A stretch of DNA of 64,000 bases, taken from positions 488 to 64,487 of the forward strand of contig CAYXEW010000002.1 of the NCBI GenBank assembly GCA_964464115.1, in the 5' to 3' direction. Below are positions 8,871-18,982 of this stretch, piece by piece; the first letter of the stretch is position 1, and each line of letters opens with the position of its first letter. The notes beneath the pieces are model-generated. The model saw only the letters and a program-made list of their open reading frames with translations. It was not told where the DNA came from and searched no databases. Source of the stretch: an uncultured Verrucomicrobiota bacterium (GTDB lineage Bacteria; Verrucomicrobiota; Kiritimatiellia; CAYTQP01; CAYXEW01). A program made the position numbers and the translations under genes.

Positions 8871-8930
8871 TAAACTAATAAATCTATTTTTTGTGAGCAT
8901 AGTGCCGCAAAAAGAAGTGAGGAGTGAAAT

Positions 8931-10265
8931 ATGATGAGAATAAAGAATAAATGGAAGACTCTTCTCCTATTAAGTCTGCCCCTCATCGCCGCGTCGGCGA
9001 CACTGGCAGCTGAAGGGGACGAGATCGGTGCTGTAGACGCTTTGAATCAAAGCTCGTACAGTATGGACAATCTGTTTCTGTTCCTGGGAGCAGTGTTGGT
9101 CATCTTTATGCAGCCCGGATTTGCTATGGTTGAATCCGGTTTCAATGCATCGAAGAATACCGTCAATATATTGTTCAAGAACTTGATGGACCTGTGTATC
9201 GGCGTCCTGTTGTACTTCATTGTAGGGTATGGCTTGATGTACGGCGAATCCTATCTCGGCGGATGGTTTGGCTGGGGCGGTTTTGGCGTCCCTATGGATG
9301 CACCCGCTGTCGAAGGCGGCGCGCTACATCCGCAGGTTGACTGGTTGTTCCAAGTTGCCTTCGCTGCGACTGCGGCAACGATTGTATCCGGTGCCGTTGC
9401 CGGGCGTATGAAATTCAAATCCTATCTTATTTACAGCGCTGTACTGACCGGCCTGATTTATCCGATCAGCGGTTTCTGGAAATGGGGCGGTGGATGGCTG
9501 GACGCCATGGGCTTTTACGATTTCGCGGGATCGCTGGTGGTGCACGCCGTCGGTGGATTTGCGGGCCTGGCCGGAGCTATTGTCCTCGGCCCGAGAATCG
9601 GTCGATTCTCTGTAGATGGAAAACCGAAGGCCATGCCGGGACATAATTTACCCTTGGCTACCCTAGGTGTTTTCATCCTCTGGGTAGGTTGGTATGGATT
9701 TAACCCGGGCAGCCAGCTGGCCATTGCCGGTGACGGCAACACCAATGCAGTCATGCTGATTGCCGCTAATACCACCCTGGCCGCAGCAGCGGGCGGATTT
9801 TTCGCCATGGTTACCACCTGGATTCTACACAAGAAACCGGACTTAACGATGGCATTAAACGGTGTACTGGCAGGCCTTGTCGGTATAACAGCCAACTGTG
9901 ACAGTGTTACAAATATCGAAGCTATTGTCATCGGTACGGTAGCCGGAATCCTGGTTGTACTGGGTATCAAGATGCTGGACGCGCTGAGAATAGACGATCC
10001 TGTTGGAGCTTTTCCCGTGCACGGCCTTTGCGGTGTCTGGGGAGGTATTGCCACATGGATCTTCGGTGGCCATCCAATGGTCGCCCAGATTGTCGGCTCC
10101 GTCGTCATCCCGTTATGGTCGTTTGTCACCATGTTCATTCTCTTCAGTATCCTGAAAGCTGCAGGTTTACTCCGCGTCTCAGAAGCTGAAGAACTCAGGG
10201 GTCTCGACATTGGCGAACACGGCGAAGAAGCATACAATGGCTTCCAAGTCTTCACCACCCAGTAA
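8931..10265 (+). CDS. amt: Ammonium transporter (Amt family), copy 1
   Basis: 444 aa with signal peptide and Amt/MEP signature regions (DFAGS..VH, GFNPGS). Confidence 0.9.
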   Translation: MMRIKNKWKTLLLLSLPLIAASATLAAEGDEIGAVDALNQSSYSMDNLFLFLGAVLVIFMQPGFAMVESGFNASKNTVNILFKNLMDLCIGVLLYFIVGYGLMYGESYLGGWFGWGGFGVPMDAPAVEGGALHPQVDWLFQVAFAATAATIVSGAVAGRMKFKSYLIYSAVLTGLIYPISGFWKWGGGWLDAMGFYDFAGSLVVHAVGGFAGLAGAIVLGPRIGRFSVDGKPKAMPGHNLPLATLGVFILWVGWYGFNPGSQLAIAGDGNTNAVMLIAANTTLAAAAGGFFAMVTTWILHKKPDLTMALNGVLAGLVGITANCDSVTNIEAIVIGTVAGILVVLGIKMLDALRIDDPVGAFPVHGLCGVWGGIATWIFGGHPMVAQIVGSVVIPLWSFVTMFILFSILKAAGLLRVSEAEELRGLDIGEHGEEAYNGFQVFTTQ

Positions 10266-10293
10266 CGATAGATGCTAAGAAGGAGATAAAGCC

Positions 10294-10635
10294 ATGAAAT
10301 TGATTGTTGCTTATATACAGCCGGAAATGCTGACAGCAGTAAAACAGGCGCTCTATGAAAAGGATATTTATAAAATGTCCGTCACGAACGCCCTGGGATG
10401 CGGCCAGCAAAAAGGCTACCATGAAACATATCGCGGTGTTGAAATCGAAGTCAACCTGTTGAAGAAAGTCCGCATGGAGATCGCCGTTAATGATGAATTT
10501 GTCGAAAAAACTGTCGAGGCCATTATTGGCGCCGCCAGATCCGGCAACATCGGTGACGGAAAACTCTTCATCATGGATCTCGCTGAGTGCATCCGAATCC
10601 GAACCGGCGAAAAAGGTAATGAGGCTATCGGATAA
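10294..10635 (+). CDS. glnK: P-II nitrogen regulatory protein (GlnK/NifI-like), copy 1; T-loop RGVEI lacks Tyr51
   Basis: 113 aa, P-II fold with GDGKLF and RIRTGE. Co-transcribed 28 nt after amt. Confidence 0.85.
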   Translation: MKLIVAYIQPEMLTAVKQALYEKDIYKMSVTNALGCGQQKGYHETYRGVEIEVNLLKKVRMEIAVNDEFVEKTVEAIIGAARSGNIGDGKLFIMDLAECIRIRTGEKGNEAIG

Positions 10636-10663
10636 CGACGAACCGATAGTATGAAAACAAAGA

Positions 10664-10695
10664 AGAGAGCCTGCATAGTGCAGGCTCTCTTTTTT
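10664..10695 (+). terminator. Rho-independent terminator (AGAGAGCCTGCA-tag-TGCAGGCTCTCT + T6)
   Basis: 12-bp perfect stem plus T-run after glnK copy 1. Confidence 0.8.
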
Positions 10696-10871
10696 GTTAT
10701 ATTTATATAATATTAATACAATTATGTATTTTTATATAAAATATCTGTAACTTCCTCAAGCTACTTCCCCTCTACAACTAATCGTTAAATTATCTGTTAT
10801 ACCCTATACCATCGGGGAATTAAGCGAGAAATAACATGGCTCTGACATTTTTTTCACTTATTTTACTACCT

Positions 10872-10887
10872 TGGCACATTTATAGCT
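10872..10887 (+). promoter_or_regulatory. Sigma-54 promoter TGGCACatttatAGCTa upstream of amt-glnK pair 2
   Basis: GG-N10-GC spacing. 79 nt upstream of the amt2 ATG. Confidence 0.55.
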
Positions 10888-10950
10888 ATTTAAGGCTCTG
10901 GAGACACGGGAACGTTATCCCGGTTTAATGTCTGAATCTGAAAGAAAGGA

Positions 10951-12267
10951 ATGATTATGAATAGAAGGTACATATGGTTAGCTTTCCTGGGGCTTCTCTG
11001 CTTGGGAACAATGGGCGTGTATGCCCAAGATGCGGACGCGGGTGTTACGCCCGAAATGTTCACGGTAAACAACACCTGGATGATGGTGGCCACTTTTTTG
11101 GTCTTTATCATGCATCTCGGCTTTGCTACTGTTGAATCCGGTCTCACAAGAGCCAAAAACACAGTCAATATCCTGTTTAAAAACACTGCAATTGTCGCCA
11201 TTGGTCTGCTGACATATGCCCTTTGCGGATTCAACTTCATGTACCCCGGAGACTTCAACGGGTTTTTGGGATTTGCAGGGTTTGGTGTATCCAGCCCGGA
11301 GGGGGCTGCAGGCCTGATCGACTATGCCGGTGGTAATTACACGTACTGGACCGATTTTCTATTCCAGGGCATGTTTGCTGCTACTGCCGCAACTATTGTA
11401 TCGGGGGCGGTAGCCGAACGCATCAAGCTGCACAGCTTTCTCCTGTTTTCTGCCATCTACGTGGCGGTCATCTATCCCATTGTCGGATCCTGGAAATGGG
11501 GCGGTGGCTGGCTGGACGCTAAAGGTTTTTATGACTTTGCCGGATCAACGCTGGTACACTCTGTCGGTGGATGGGCCGCTCTCGCAGGGGTCATTCTGCT
11601 GGGACCGCGCTTCGGTAAATACGTGGCCGGCAAAGTTCGCCCCATTATGGGTCACAATCTGCCGCTCGTCACCATCGGCGTTTTCCTTCTCTGGCTGGGC
11701 TGGTTCGGGTTTAATGGCGGATCTGTACTGTCGGCAGATCCCGGCCCCGTATCTTTCACACTCGTGACGACATCCCTCGCGGCCGCAGCGGGCATCATCG
11801 GTGCCATGGCTACTTCATGGATCGTTCAGAAAAAGCCGGACTTGACGATGGTGCTGAATGGTTGTCTAGCAGGGTTAGTGGGTATTACCGCTGGAGCCGA
11901 TATCGTCTCCGTGGCGGCTGCTGTTGTGATCGGTTTATCGTCCGGAGTTTTGGTAGTGCTCTCTGTACTCTTCTTTGATAAGATCAGGATAGATGATCCA
12001 GTCGGCGCCATATCCGTTCACCTCGTATGCGGGATATGGGGAACACTGTGCGTCGGCATTTTCAGCCCGGATTACAGTGTCGGCGTACAATTGCTGGGCG
12101 TGGCTGCCTACGGTATTACCTGTTTTGGTTCAGCGTTTATACTGTTTTCGGCCATTAAAGCCACCATGGGCCTTCGGGTTGATGAACAGGAAGAACTCAA
12201 AGGGTTGGATCTCGGGGAACACGGTATGGAAGCCTATGGCGGATTCCAGATCTTCTCGAATCAATAA
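10951..12267 (+). CDS. amt: Ammonium transporter (Amt family), copy 2
   Basis: 438 aa paralog of 8931..10265 with signal peptide. Confidence 0.9.
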   Translation: MIMNRRYIWLAFLGLLCLGTMGVYAQDADAGVTPEMFTVNNTWMMVATFLVFIMHLGFATVESGLTRAKNTVNILFKNTAIVAIGLLTYALCGFNFMYPGDFNGFLGFAGFGVSSPEGAAGLIDYAGGNYTYWTDFLFQGMFAATAATIVSGAVAERIKLHSFLLFSAIYVAVIYPIVGSWKWGGGWLDAKGFYDFAGSTLVHSVGGWAALAGVILLGPRFGKYVAGKVRPIMGHNLPLVTIGVFLLWLGWFGFNGGSVLSADPGPVSFTLVTTSLAAAAGIIGAMATSWIVQKKPDLTMVLNGCLAGLVGITAGADIVSVAAAVVIGLSSGVLVVLSVLFFDKIRIDDPVGAISVHLVCGIWGTLCVGIFSPDYSVGVQLLGVAAYGITCFGSAFILFSAIKATMGLRVDEQEELKGLDLGEHGMEAYGGFQIFSNQ

Positions 12268-12293
12268 CAAGAATGAACGAAAGGATGCATTAA

Positions 12294-12635
12294 ATGAAAC
12301 TAATTATTGCCTATATACAGCCGGAAAAATTGAATGCCGTAAAGCAGGCTCTCTATGATGGCGGAATTTACAAACTTTCTGTGACCAATGCCCTTGGTTG
12401 CGGTCAGCAGAAAGGCTATCACGAGAGTTACCGCGGGGTCGATATTGAAGTCAACCTGTTAAAAAAGGTGCGGATTGAAATTGCCGTCAATGACGACTTC
12501 ACCGACAAAACTATCGACACCATTATCAGCGGCGCCCGCAGCGGGAACATTGGGGACGGAAAAATATTCGTTCTCGATTTACCGGAATGTATTCGCATAC
12601 GCACGGGTGAAAAAGGGAATCAAGCCATCGGCTGA
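12294..12635 (+). CDS. glnK: P-II nitrogen regulatory protein, copy 2 (T-loop RGVDI, no Tyr51)
   Basis: 113 aa, about 80% identical to copy 1. Confidence 0.85.
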   Translation: MKLIIAYIQPEKLNAVKQALYDGGIYKLSVTNALGCGQQKGYHESYRGVDIEVNLLKKVRIEIAVNDDFTDKTIDTIISGARSGNIGDGKIFVLDLPECIRIRTGEKGNQAIG

Positions 12636-12654
12636 GAATGAATGCGACCCACAG

Positions 12655-12688
12655 AAAACGCCCCTTTATCAAAAGGGGCGTTTTTTTT
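12655..12688. terminator. Bidirectional rho-independent terminator (AAAACGCCCCTTT-atc-AAAGGGGCGTTTT, A-run/T-run on either side) between convergent glnK2 and rplQ
   Basis: Perfect 13-bp stem flanked by an A-run upstream and T8 downstream. Confidence 0.8.
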
Positions 12689-12755
12689 GGTCTTGCAACC
12701 TATCTATCCGCGTTTAGTTTGCACACGAGGCTGTGTACTAAACACAAGAGTACTT

Positions 12756-13172
12756 CTACTTCACCTTTTCGTCAGACTTCTTCTCTGGCTCATCGGCCAC
12801 CGGTGCCTGATCCACAATCGTGTCTGTCCATTCGAGGATCGCCATTTCCGAACTGTCACTCAGTCTTTTACCGAGCTTTACAATGCGGGTGTATCCGCCG
12901 GCACGGTCCGCAAAAACGGGGGCCACTTTTTCAAACAACTCGACCACCGGTGGCTCGCGGTGCAGCTGAGCCAGCGCCGAGCGCCGGGCAGCCAGCGTAT
13001 TTTTTTTACCTAGAGTTACCATCTTTTCAGCCATTTGTCTGGCCGCCTTTGCGCGCGTCAGCGTCGTTTTAATGCGCTTCTCACTGATGAGACTGCAAAC
13101 CAATCCCGTCAGCAACGCATCGCGCTGGTGTGCCGGGCGGCTCAGGCGTGCATTATCTTTTCTATGCCTCAT
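12756..13172 (-). CDS. rplQ: 50S ribosomal protein L17
   Basis: 138 aa L17, last gene of the alpha operon. Confidence 0.9.
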   Translation of the reverse strand: MRHRKDNARLSRPAHQRDALLTGLVCSLISEKRIKTTLTRAKAARQMAEKMVTLGKKNTLAARRSALAQLHREPPVVELFEKVAPVFADRAGGYTRIVKLGKRLSDSSEMAILEWTDTIVDQAPVADEPEKKSDEKVK

Positions 13173-13189
13173 TGCTACTCACCCTTCTC

Positions 13190-14182
13190 TTAGTTATTTG
13201 CGACCAGATCCTTGTCAAGAAGCGAGCCGAGCGACAGACCCAGCTCCGAAAGCTTATGCTTGATTTCATTCAAAGATTTCTTACCAAAATTACGGTACTT
13301 CAGCATTTCGGCTTCTGTCTTCTGAGCCAGCTCGCCCACCGTCGTTATATTCGCATTGTTGAGACAGTTGGCAGCCCGAACCGAGAGCTCGATTTCATTG
13401 ACACTGATATTGAGTTTGCGCCGCATTTCTTCCCGCTCCGCATCGACCTGCTTTTCACTCTCTTCAAATTCGACGAGATCTTTATCGCAGCTCACAAATA
13501 CATCGAGATGATGGCGCAGAATCGCGGCGGAAACCGTCAACGCTTCATCTGGACTCACTCGCCCGTCCGTCCATATTTCGAGTAACAGGCGGTCGTAGTC
13601 TGTGCGCTGCCCGACGCGGGTGTTCTCCACTTCGTATTTCACACGGGTGACCGGGCTGAAAAGAGAATCAATCGAGATAACACCAATTTCCTGTTCATCT
13701 TTTTTATTCCAGTCCGCCGGGCAGTAACCGCGACCTATACGCACTTCCATTTCAGCCTGAAAACGACCGTCTTTGTCGAGCGTACAAATATGGTGGTCAG
13801 GATTGAGAATCTCAACCGTTCCGTCTGTTTCTATATCGCCGGCAGTCACCTCGCCGGGACCCTTGCGGTTAATCGTGATTTTCCGGGGCTGGCGCGTGTA
13901 CATCCTGCACAGCACTTTTTTCAAATTCAGAACAATGTCGGTAACGTCTTCAACCACTCCGGGAAGCGCACAGAACTCGTGCATGGCGCCTTCAATCTTG
14001 ACAGATGAGATAGCCGAGCCTTCCAGCGAAGACAGCAGAACCCTTCTCAGTGAGTTTCCGATTGTTCTGCCGTAACCGTCTTCAAAAGGTTCGGCGATAA
14101 ACTTACCATAGTTTTTAATGCTCTCGGCATTCGTCTTCTCAACCCTTTTGGGCATTTCGAATCGGCTTAATCGTATAGCCAT
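13190..14182 (-). CDS. rpoA: DNA-directed RNA polymerase alpha subunit
   Basis: 330 aa with N-terminal dimerisation domain and C-terminal CTD (HhH). Confidence 0.95.
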   Translation of the reverse strand: MAIRLSRFEMPKRVEKTNAESIKNYGKFIAEPFEDGYGRTIGNSLRRVLLSSLEGSAISSVKIEGAMHEFCALPGVVEDVTDIVLNLKKVLCRMYTRQPRKITINRKGPGEVTAGDIETDGTVEILNPDHHICTLDKDGRFQAEMEVRIGRGYCPADWNKKDEQEIGVISIDSLFSPVTRVKYEVENTRVGQRTDYDRLLLEIWTDGRVSPDEALTVSAAILRHHLDVFVSCDKDLVEFEESEKQVDAEREEMRRKLNISVNEIELSVRAANCLNNANITTVGELAQKTEAEMLKYRNFGKKSLNEIKHKLSELGLSLGSLLDKDLVANN

Positions 14183-14236
14183 TGGTTTCTCTCCTCCCAG
14201 TCCCGGGCACTAACCGGGGCGTATGGTGGTTATGGT

Positions 14237-14863
14237 TTATTTGGAGTACAACTCCACAATCAACTGTTCATTTACGGCCGGAGCCATTTCATCGCGTGTA
14301 GGTACGTGAAGCAATTCACCTTTCAGGTTTTCCCGATCAAGCTTCAGCCAGGGAACGATGCCCTTGTTCTCTGCAAAATCGATGAAAGCCTGCGTGTAGT
14401 TCTGGCTTTTATCTTTACCTGCCACCGCAATAATATCCCCCGGGCTTACACTGGCGGAGGGAATATTGGTTTTCACCCCATTCAACAGGATATGTCCGTG
14501 ACGAATGAACTGGCGGGCGGCGCGAATAGATGGAGCAAAACCCAGTCGTTGCACTACTGAATCCAGCCGTAGCTCAAGCAACTGGAGCAGGGTTTCACCG
14601 GTCAGACCCGTCTTTCTTGAAGCGCGGGCAAAGAATGTGCGGAATTGACCTTCCTGCATTCCGTACATACGGCGAAGGCGCTGTTTTTCACGCAACTGCA
14701 CACCGTAATCAGACAGTTTTCTACGGCGTGAGCCATGCTGTCCCGGCGCGCCCCTGCCCGTTTGTACAGGACATTTTGCCATGTAGCAACGCTCACCTTT
14801 CAAGTAAAGCTTCATACCCTCTCTTCTGCACTGTTTACAAGCTGGACCTGTATATCTACCCAT
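14237..14863 (-). CDS. rpsD: 30S ribosomal protein S4
   Basis: Start at MGRYTGPACKQCRREG after AGGAG; the ORF extends to 14914. Confidence 0.9.
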   Translation of the reverse strand: MGRYTGPACKQCRREGMKLYLKGERCYMAKCPVQTGRGAPGQHGSRRRKLSDYGVQLREKQRLRRMYGMQEGQFRTFFARASRKTGLTGETLLQLLELRLDSVVQRLGFAPSIRAARQFIRHGHILLNGVKTNIPSASVSPGDIIAVAGKDKSQNYTQAFIDFAENKGIVPWLKLDRENLKGELLHVPTRDEMAPAVNEQLIVELYSK

Positions 14864-14883
14864 TATATCTCTCCTAAAAATTG

Positions 14884-15423
14884 TTATACACGCCGCTTTT
14901 TTGATGGGCGGCAACCGTTATGCGGAATCGGCGTCACATCTTTAATCGAAGTGATCGTCAGTCCGGCCGACTGCACGGCGCGGATAGCCGATTCGCGACC
15001 GGCGCCGGGTCCCTGAACCCGCACTTCCACTTCTCTCATGCCTTGAGAAGCAGCCTGTTTGGCCGCATCCTGAGCCAACATCGTCGCGGCATAAGCCGTA
15101 CTCTTGCGCGAACCCTTGAAACCGCCCCGCCCCGCAGAGCTCCAGGAAATGACATTTCCTTTCATATCTGTGATAGAAACTTTTGTATTATTAAAGGTTG
15201 AAAGGATATGTACGATTCCGACCGGCACTACCTTGGCTCCTTTACGCAACTTTACTTTGGGTGCTGTTTCGGTACTTTTTTCAGCCTGGCTGTCAGCGAC
15301 ACTCTTTTCAGCCTTGCTGTCAGCGGCTTGCTGTTCTGCTGCGCCTTCCGACGGCGCACTTACCGGTTTTTTTTCCTGTTCTACAGCCGGCTCCGTTGTC
15401 TCATTCTTTACTTCATCAGCCAT
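14884..15423 (-). CDS. rpsK: 30S ribosomal protein S11 with a roughly 50-aa low-complexity Glu/Lys/Ala-rich N-terminal extension
   Basis: C-terminal 130 aa is canonical S11. The only in-frame ATG is at the far N-terminus. Confidence 0.85.
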   Translation of the reverse strand: MADEVKNETTEPAVEQEKKPVSAPSEGAAEQQAADSKAEKSVADSQAEKSTETAPKVKLRKGAKVVPVGIVHILSTFNNTKVSITDMKGNVISWSSAGRGGFKGSRKSTAYAATMLAQDAAKQAASQGMREVEVRVQGPGAGRESAIRAVQSAGLTITSIKDVTPIPHNGCRPSKKRRV

Positions 15424-15448
15424 TGTACTATGACCCTCTCTTCATTTC

Positions 15449-15847
15449 TTAACCTTTTTTCATGGCGGCCCTGGCAGCCTTGTCGCGCACAGCACCCACC
15501 GTGCGCTTCGGCCCTTTGCATGTTCGCGCATTGGTCTTCGTGCGCTGTCCATGGGCCGGCAGAGAACGACGATGCCGCAGTCCCCGATACGAATTAATAC
15601 TGATTAGACGGCGGATATTGGCATTGACTTCCCGACGGAGATCGCCTTCTACATTGTACTCAGTCTGCAGGATATCTGCCAGAATCTTTATTTCATCATC
15701 TGTGAGGTCATTGGCTTTCTTGGCCGGATCAATCTTAGTTTTTTCCACTATATCGCCAGCCCTTTTGGGACCAATTCCATAAATGTACTGCAGCGCATAC
15801 TCAATGCGCTTCTTTCCCGGTATATCTATTCCAAGTACTCTCGGCAT
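15449..15847 (-). CDS. rpsM: 30S ribosomal protein S13
   Basis: 132 aa S13. Confidence 0.9.
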   Translation of the reverse strand: MPRVLGIDIPGKKRIEYALQYIYGIGPKRAGDIVEKTKIDPAKKANDLTDDEIKILADILQTEYNVEGDLRREVNANIRRLISINSYRGLRHRRSLPAHGQRTKTNARTCKGPKRTVGAVRDKAARAAMKKG

Positions 15848-15859
15848 CTCTTTACTCCC

Positions 15860-15973
15860 TTAACCCTGACGCTGCTTGTGTCGCGGATTCGTACAGATTA
15901 CGCGCACAATATTCTTGCGGCGTATAACTCTGCAACGCTCACACATTCTTCTGACTGAACTGCGTACTTTCAT
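15860..15973 (-). CDS. rpmJ: 50S ribosomal protein L36
   Basis: Manually translated 37 aa [37 protein letters not shown] (C-x2-C...C-x4-H zinc ribbon). Below the ORF-track length cutoff. Confidence 0.8.
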   Translation of the reverse strand: MKVRSSVRRMCERCRVIRRKNIVRVICTNPRHKQRQG

Positions 15974-15974
15974 T

Positions 15975-16220
15975 TCAACTCAAAGCCTCATCCTGTTTGA
16001 TCTTCCGCAGGATGCGTCCCACGGACATATTGTAAGGTGACATAGCCACCGACACACCATCACCGGGTTCCAAATCCCCGATCTCATCTTTTTCGCTTTT
16101 TTTTAGAAAAGCCACGATCTGGTGACCATTCCGCAATTCGGCACGAAAGGCCGTATTGTCTACCATATTCAACAACTGCGCGTCCAGCAAAATTCTATTA
16201 TTATTCTGCATTTTCTGCAA
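15975..16220 (-). CDS. infA: Translation initiation factor IF-1
   Basis: S1-like OB fold ([15 protein letters not shown]). TTG start. Overlaps map by 20 nt. Confidence 0.75.
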   Translation of the reverse strand: MQKMQNNNRILLDAQLLNMVDNTAFRAELRNGHQIVAFLKKSEKDEIGDLEPGDGVSVAMSPYNMSVGRILRKIKQDEALS

Positions 16221-16959
16221 TGGTCAATATTTCAGCATTTGCTGACTGCACGAGTACGGTGTGCTCAAAATGCGCTGATGCCTTACGATCAGCCGTTTTC
16301 ACAGTCCACCCGTCTTCCATCACTTCAACTCCCGCCCCGCCCAAATTCACCATCGGCTCTATCGCCAGCGTCATACCATCGCTGAGTTTGGGGCCCCGCC
16401 CCGGCGAACCAAAATTTGGAATCTGCGGTTCTTCGTGCATATCGCGACCAATACCATGACCCACAAATTCGCGGACAACGGTGAAACCGGCTTTTTTCGC
16501 GGTCGACTCCACCGCGTGTGAAATATCGCCCACCCTGCTGCCGGCAACAGCTTTTTCTATTCCGTTTACCAATGCCTGTTTCGTGACATCCAGCAGTCGG
16601 AAAACTTCTTCATCCTGTGTGCCCACCGGAACCGTCAGGGCGGTGTCGCCCACAAAACCATCAAAGATCACTCCCACATCGACACTGACAACATCTCCCA
16701 GACCGATGCGCCGTTTTCCCGGGATGCCATGTACCACTTCTTCATTGACGGATACACAAATGTGGCCGGGATATCCGTGGTATCCCTTAAACGCACTCCT
16801 AGCACCGAAGTCGTGCATTTTTTTCAGCGCAAATTCATCGAGATCAGCCGTTGTCATTCCTGGCGCTATGCAGGCTGCCAATGCATCACGTATACTGGCG
16901 GCCATGCCGTTCGCCACCCGCATCTTCTGTATATCAGCATCCGACTTTATTTTAATCAT
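16201..16959 (-). CDS. map: Methionine aminopeptidase type I
   Basis: 252 aa with pita-bread metal ligands (D..D..H..E..E). Confidence 0.9.
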   Translation of the reverse strand: MIKIKSDADIQKMRVANGMAASIRDALAACIAPGMTTADLDEFALKKMHDFGARSAFKGYHGYPGHICVSVNEEVVHGIPGKRRIGLGDVVSVDVGVIFDGFVGDTALTVPVGTQDEEVFRLLDVTKQALVNGIEKAVAGSRVGDISHAVESTAKKAGFTVVREFVGHGIGRDMHEEPQIPNFGSPGRGPKLSDGMTLAIEPMVNLGGAGVEVMEDGWTVKTADRKASAHFEHTVLVQSANAEILTIAENAE

Positions 16960-16962
16960 CCA

Positions 16963-17613
16963 CTATGCCCCACGAAGGTGGCCGAGCATTGTTGTCACGG
17001 TCGACTCTTTATCTTTTGATGCATCAATGCGAACGAGTACGCCTTTCTGCTCGTAGTAATCGATTAAACTCTCTGTCTGCTTTTTGAAAACATCCAGTCG
17101 GTTGAGGACTGTTTCTTCATTATCATCAGCCCGCTGATAAGTTTCACCACCACAACGATCGCAGATGCCCTCTACGCGGGTGGGAATGTTGCGCACATGA
17201 TAGACTGCCCCGCAAGAGCGGCACACGCGCCTACCGGATAGGCGCTCCACCAGGGCTGTTTCCGGCACTTCCATCAAAAATACAGCATCGACAGCAGCCC
17301 CGGCTGCGGCCAGCGTCTCATCCAGCAGGGAGGCCTGCTCCAGCGTGCGGGGAAATCCGTCAAACATGTAGTCCGTCTGTCCCCCGTCGGCATGGATGCG
17401 ATCGCGAACAATACCGATGATAACTTCATCGGGAACGAGTTCACCACGCTCCATATAGCCCTTCGCCTCCATACCCACATTGCTGCCTTCTTTAACGGCA
17501 GAACGCAGCATATCGCCTGTCGAAATATGTGTATAGGAGGTGACTTCTTTAAGCTCCTCTGCAACCGTTCCTTTTCCAGCGCCCGGAGCGCCCAGCAGTA
17601 TAATTGATTTCAT
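16963..17613 (-). CDS. adk: Adenylate kinase (with zinc-binding LID: C-x2-C...C-x2-C)
   Basis: GAPGAGKGT P-loop. Lies in the spc operon after secY. Confidence 0.9.
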   Translation of the reverse strand: MKSIILLGAPGAGKGTVAEELKEVTSYTHISTGDMLRSAVKEGSNVGMEAKGYMERGELVPDEVIIGIVRDRIHADGGQTDYMFDGFPRTLEQASLLDETLAAAGAAVDAVFLMEVPETALVERLSGRRVCRSCGAVYHVRNIPTRVEGICDRCGGETYQRADDNEETVLNRLDVFKKQTESLIDYYEQKGVLVRIDASKDKESTVTTMLGHLRGA

Positions 17614-17619
17614 AATGGT

Positions 17620-18966
17620 TTACCTCCGGCTCCTCAATCGGCCCTTTTTCAAAAATCCGTCATAATGCCGCTGCAGCAGGTGCGTCTCAATCTGGCGCAT
17701 CGTGTCCAGCATAACACCTACCATAATCAGCATACTGGTCCCACCACAGAAGCTGGCTACCGTCCACGGTATACCGAACTGTTGAGCCAGCAATGAGGGC
17801 AGCACTGCAATGACCGTCAAAAACAGGGCTCCTGCCAATGTGATACGGGTCATCGAACGGTCCAGAAACTCTGCGGTCGGTTTACCGGGTCGGATGCCGG
17901 GTACATAGCCGCCGTGCTTCTTTAAATCATCTGCTATCTGCACCGGATTAAACTGCGTGGCCACCCAAAAATAAGAGAAGAAAAGAATCATCAATGCGAA
18001 AATTAAATTATACAGCGACGTGCCGTAATTCAAGGCTGCCGCCATCCGCTGGAATACATCGAGATCGACCATGCCCAGAAGTTTCGACGGGAACATCAGA
18101 ATCGCATTGGCAAAGATGATAGGCATAACACCTGCGTAGTTCACTCTGAGTGGCATGTAGGTGCTTTGCCCCCCATACACCTTCCTGCCCACCACACGCT
18201 TAGCATACTGTACCGGAATTTTGCGCTGAGCCTGCGTTATGGCAATCACACCGGCAATGACCAGAAATATCATAACCAGCAGGCCTATCAAATGGAATAT
18301 CGAGAAAGGCGAAACACCATCAACGGGTTTGAACATGTTGATGCCGGCATTCACGGCATCTGGCAGCCGACTGACAATATTAACGGTGATAATCATGGAA
18401 ATGCCGTTTCCAATACCTCGCTCGGTAATCTGTTCACCCAGCCACATCAGGAGCATAGTTCCGGTAGTCAAAGCCATGATAGAAATGAGGCGGAATGCTA
18501 TAGGTGATATAATGACAACCTGCCCCTGCAAACCGATCGCTTCAGGATGCAGCATCATTTCCGAGATGCCGTACCCTTGCACAACACAAAGCACCACTGT
18601 CAGATAGCGTGTGTACTGAGTGATCTTCTGCCGGCCCGTGTCACCTTCACGCGCCAAGCGTTCCAGAGCCGGAACCACGGCTGTCAACAGTTGCAGAATA
18701 ATCGATGCACTAATGTACGGCATGATCCCCAGCGTACCGACAGCGAATCGTTGCAACGCACCGCCGCTGAATAAATTATACAGCCCAGCAAAGGTTCCGC
18801 CAGCATTGCCCTGCATATTGGATATAAAGTTCTGAATGACGCTCGCATCGACACCCGGTGTCGGCACATTGGCAATAATACGGCAGATAAAAATCAGCCC
18901 CAGGCTGAACAGGATGCGCTGCCGCAGTTCGGGAATCTTAAAGCTATTGACAAACGCTGATAACAT
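17620..18966 (-). CDS. secY: Preprotein translocase subunit SecY
   Basis: 448 aa, 10 TM protein. Confidence 0.95.
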   Translation of the reverse strand: MLSAFVNSFKIPELRQRILFSLGLIFICRIIANVPTPGVDASVIQNFISNMQGNAGGTFAGLYNLFSGGALQRFAVGTLGIMPYISASIILQLLTAVVPALERLAREGDTGRQKITQYTRYLTVVLCVVQGYGISEMMLHPEAIGLQGQVVIISPIAFRLISIMALTTGTMLLMWLGEQITERGIGNGISMIITVNIVSRLPDAVNAGINMFKPVDGVSPFSIFHLIGLLVMIFLVIAGVIAITQAQRKIPVQYAKRVVGRKVYGGQSTYMPLRVNYAGVMPIIFANAILMFPSKLLGMVDLDVFQRMAAALNYGTSLYNLIFALMILFFSYFWVATQFNPVQIADDLKKHGGYVPGIRPGKPTAEFLDRSMTRITLAGALFLTVIAVLPSLLAQQFGIPWTVASFCGGTSMLIMVGVMLDTMRQIETHLLQRHYDGFLKKGRLRSRR

Positions 18967-18982
18967 AGTGGTCTAACCGCCT

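Noticed and set aside
12638-13585. ORFs 12638..13072, 12642..13013 and 13130..13585 on the plus strand
   Set aside because: They lie antisense to, or overlap, the well-supported rplQ and rpoA genes and have no homology signal. They are typical shadow ORFs.
14306-15597. Plus-strand ORFs overlapping rpsD, rpsK and rpsM
   Set aside because: They are antisense to canonical ribosomal protein genes with low-complexity translations.
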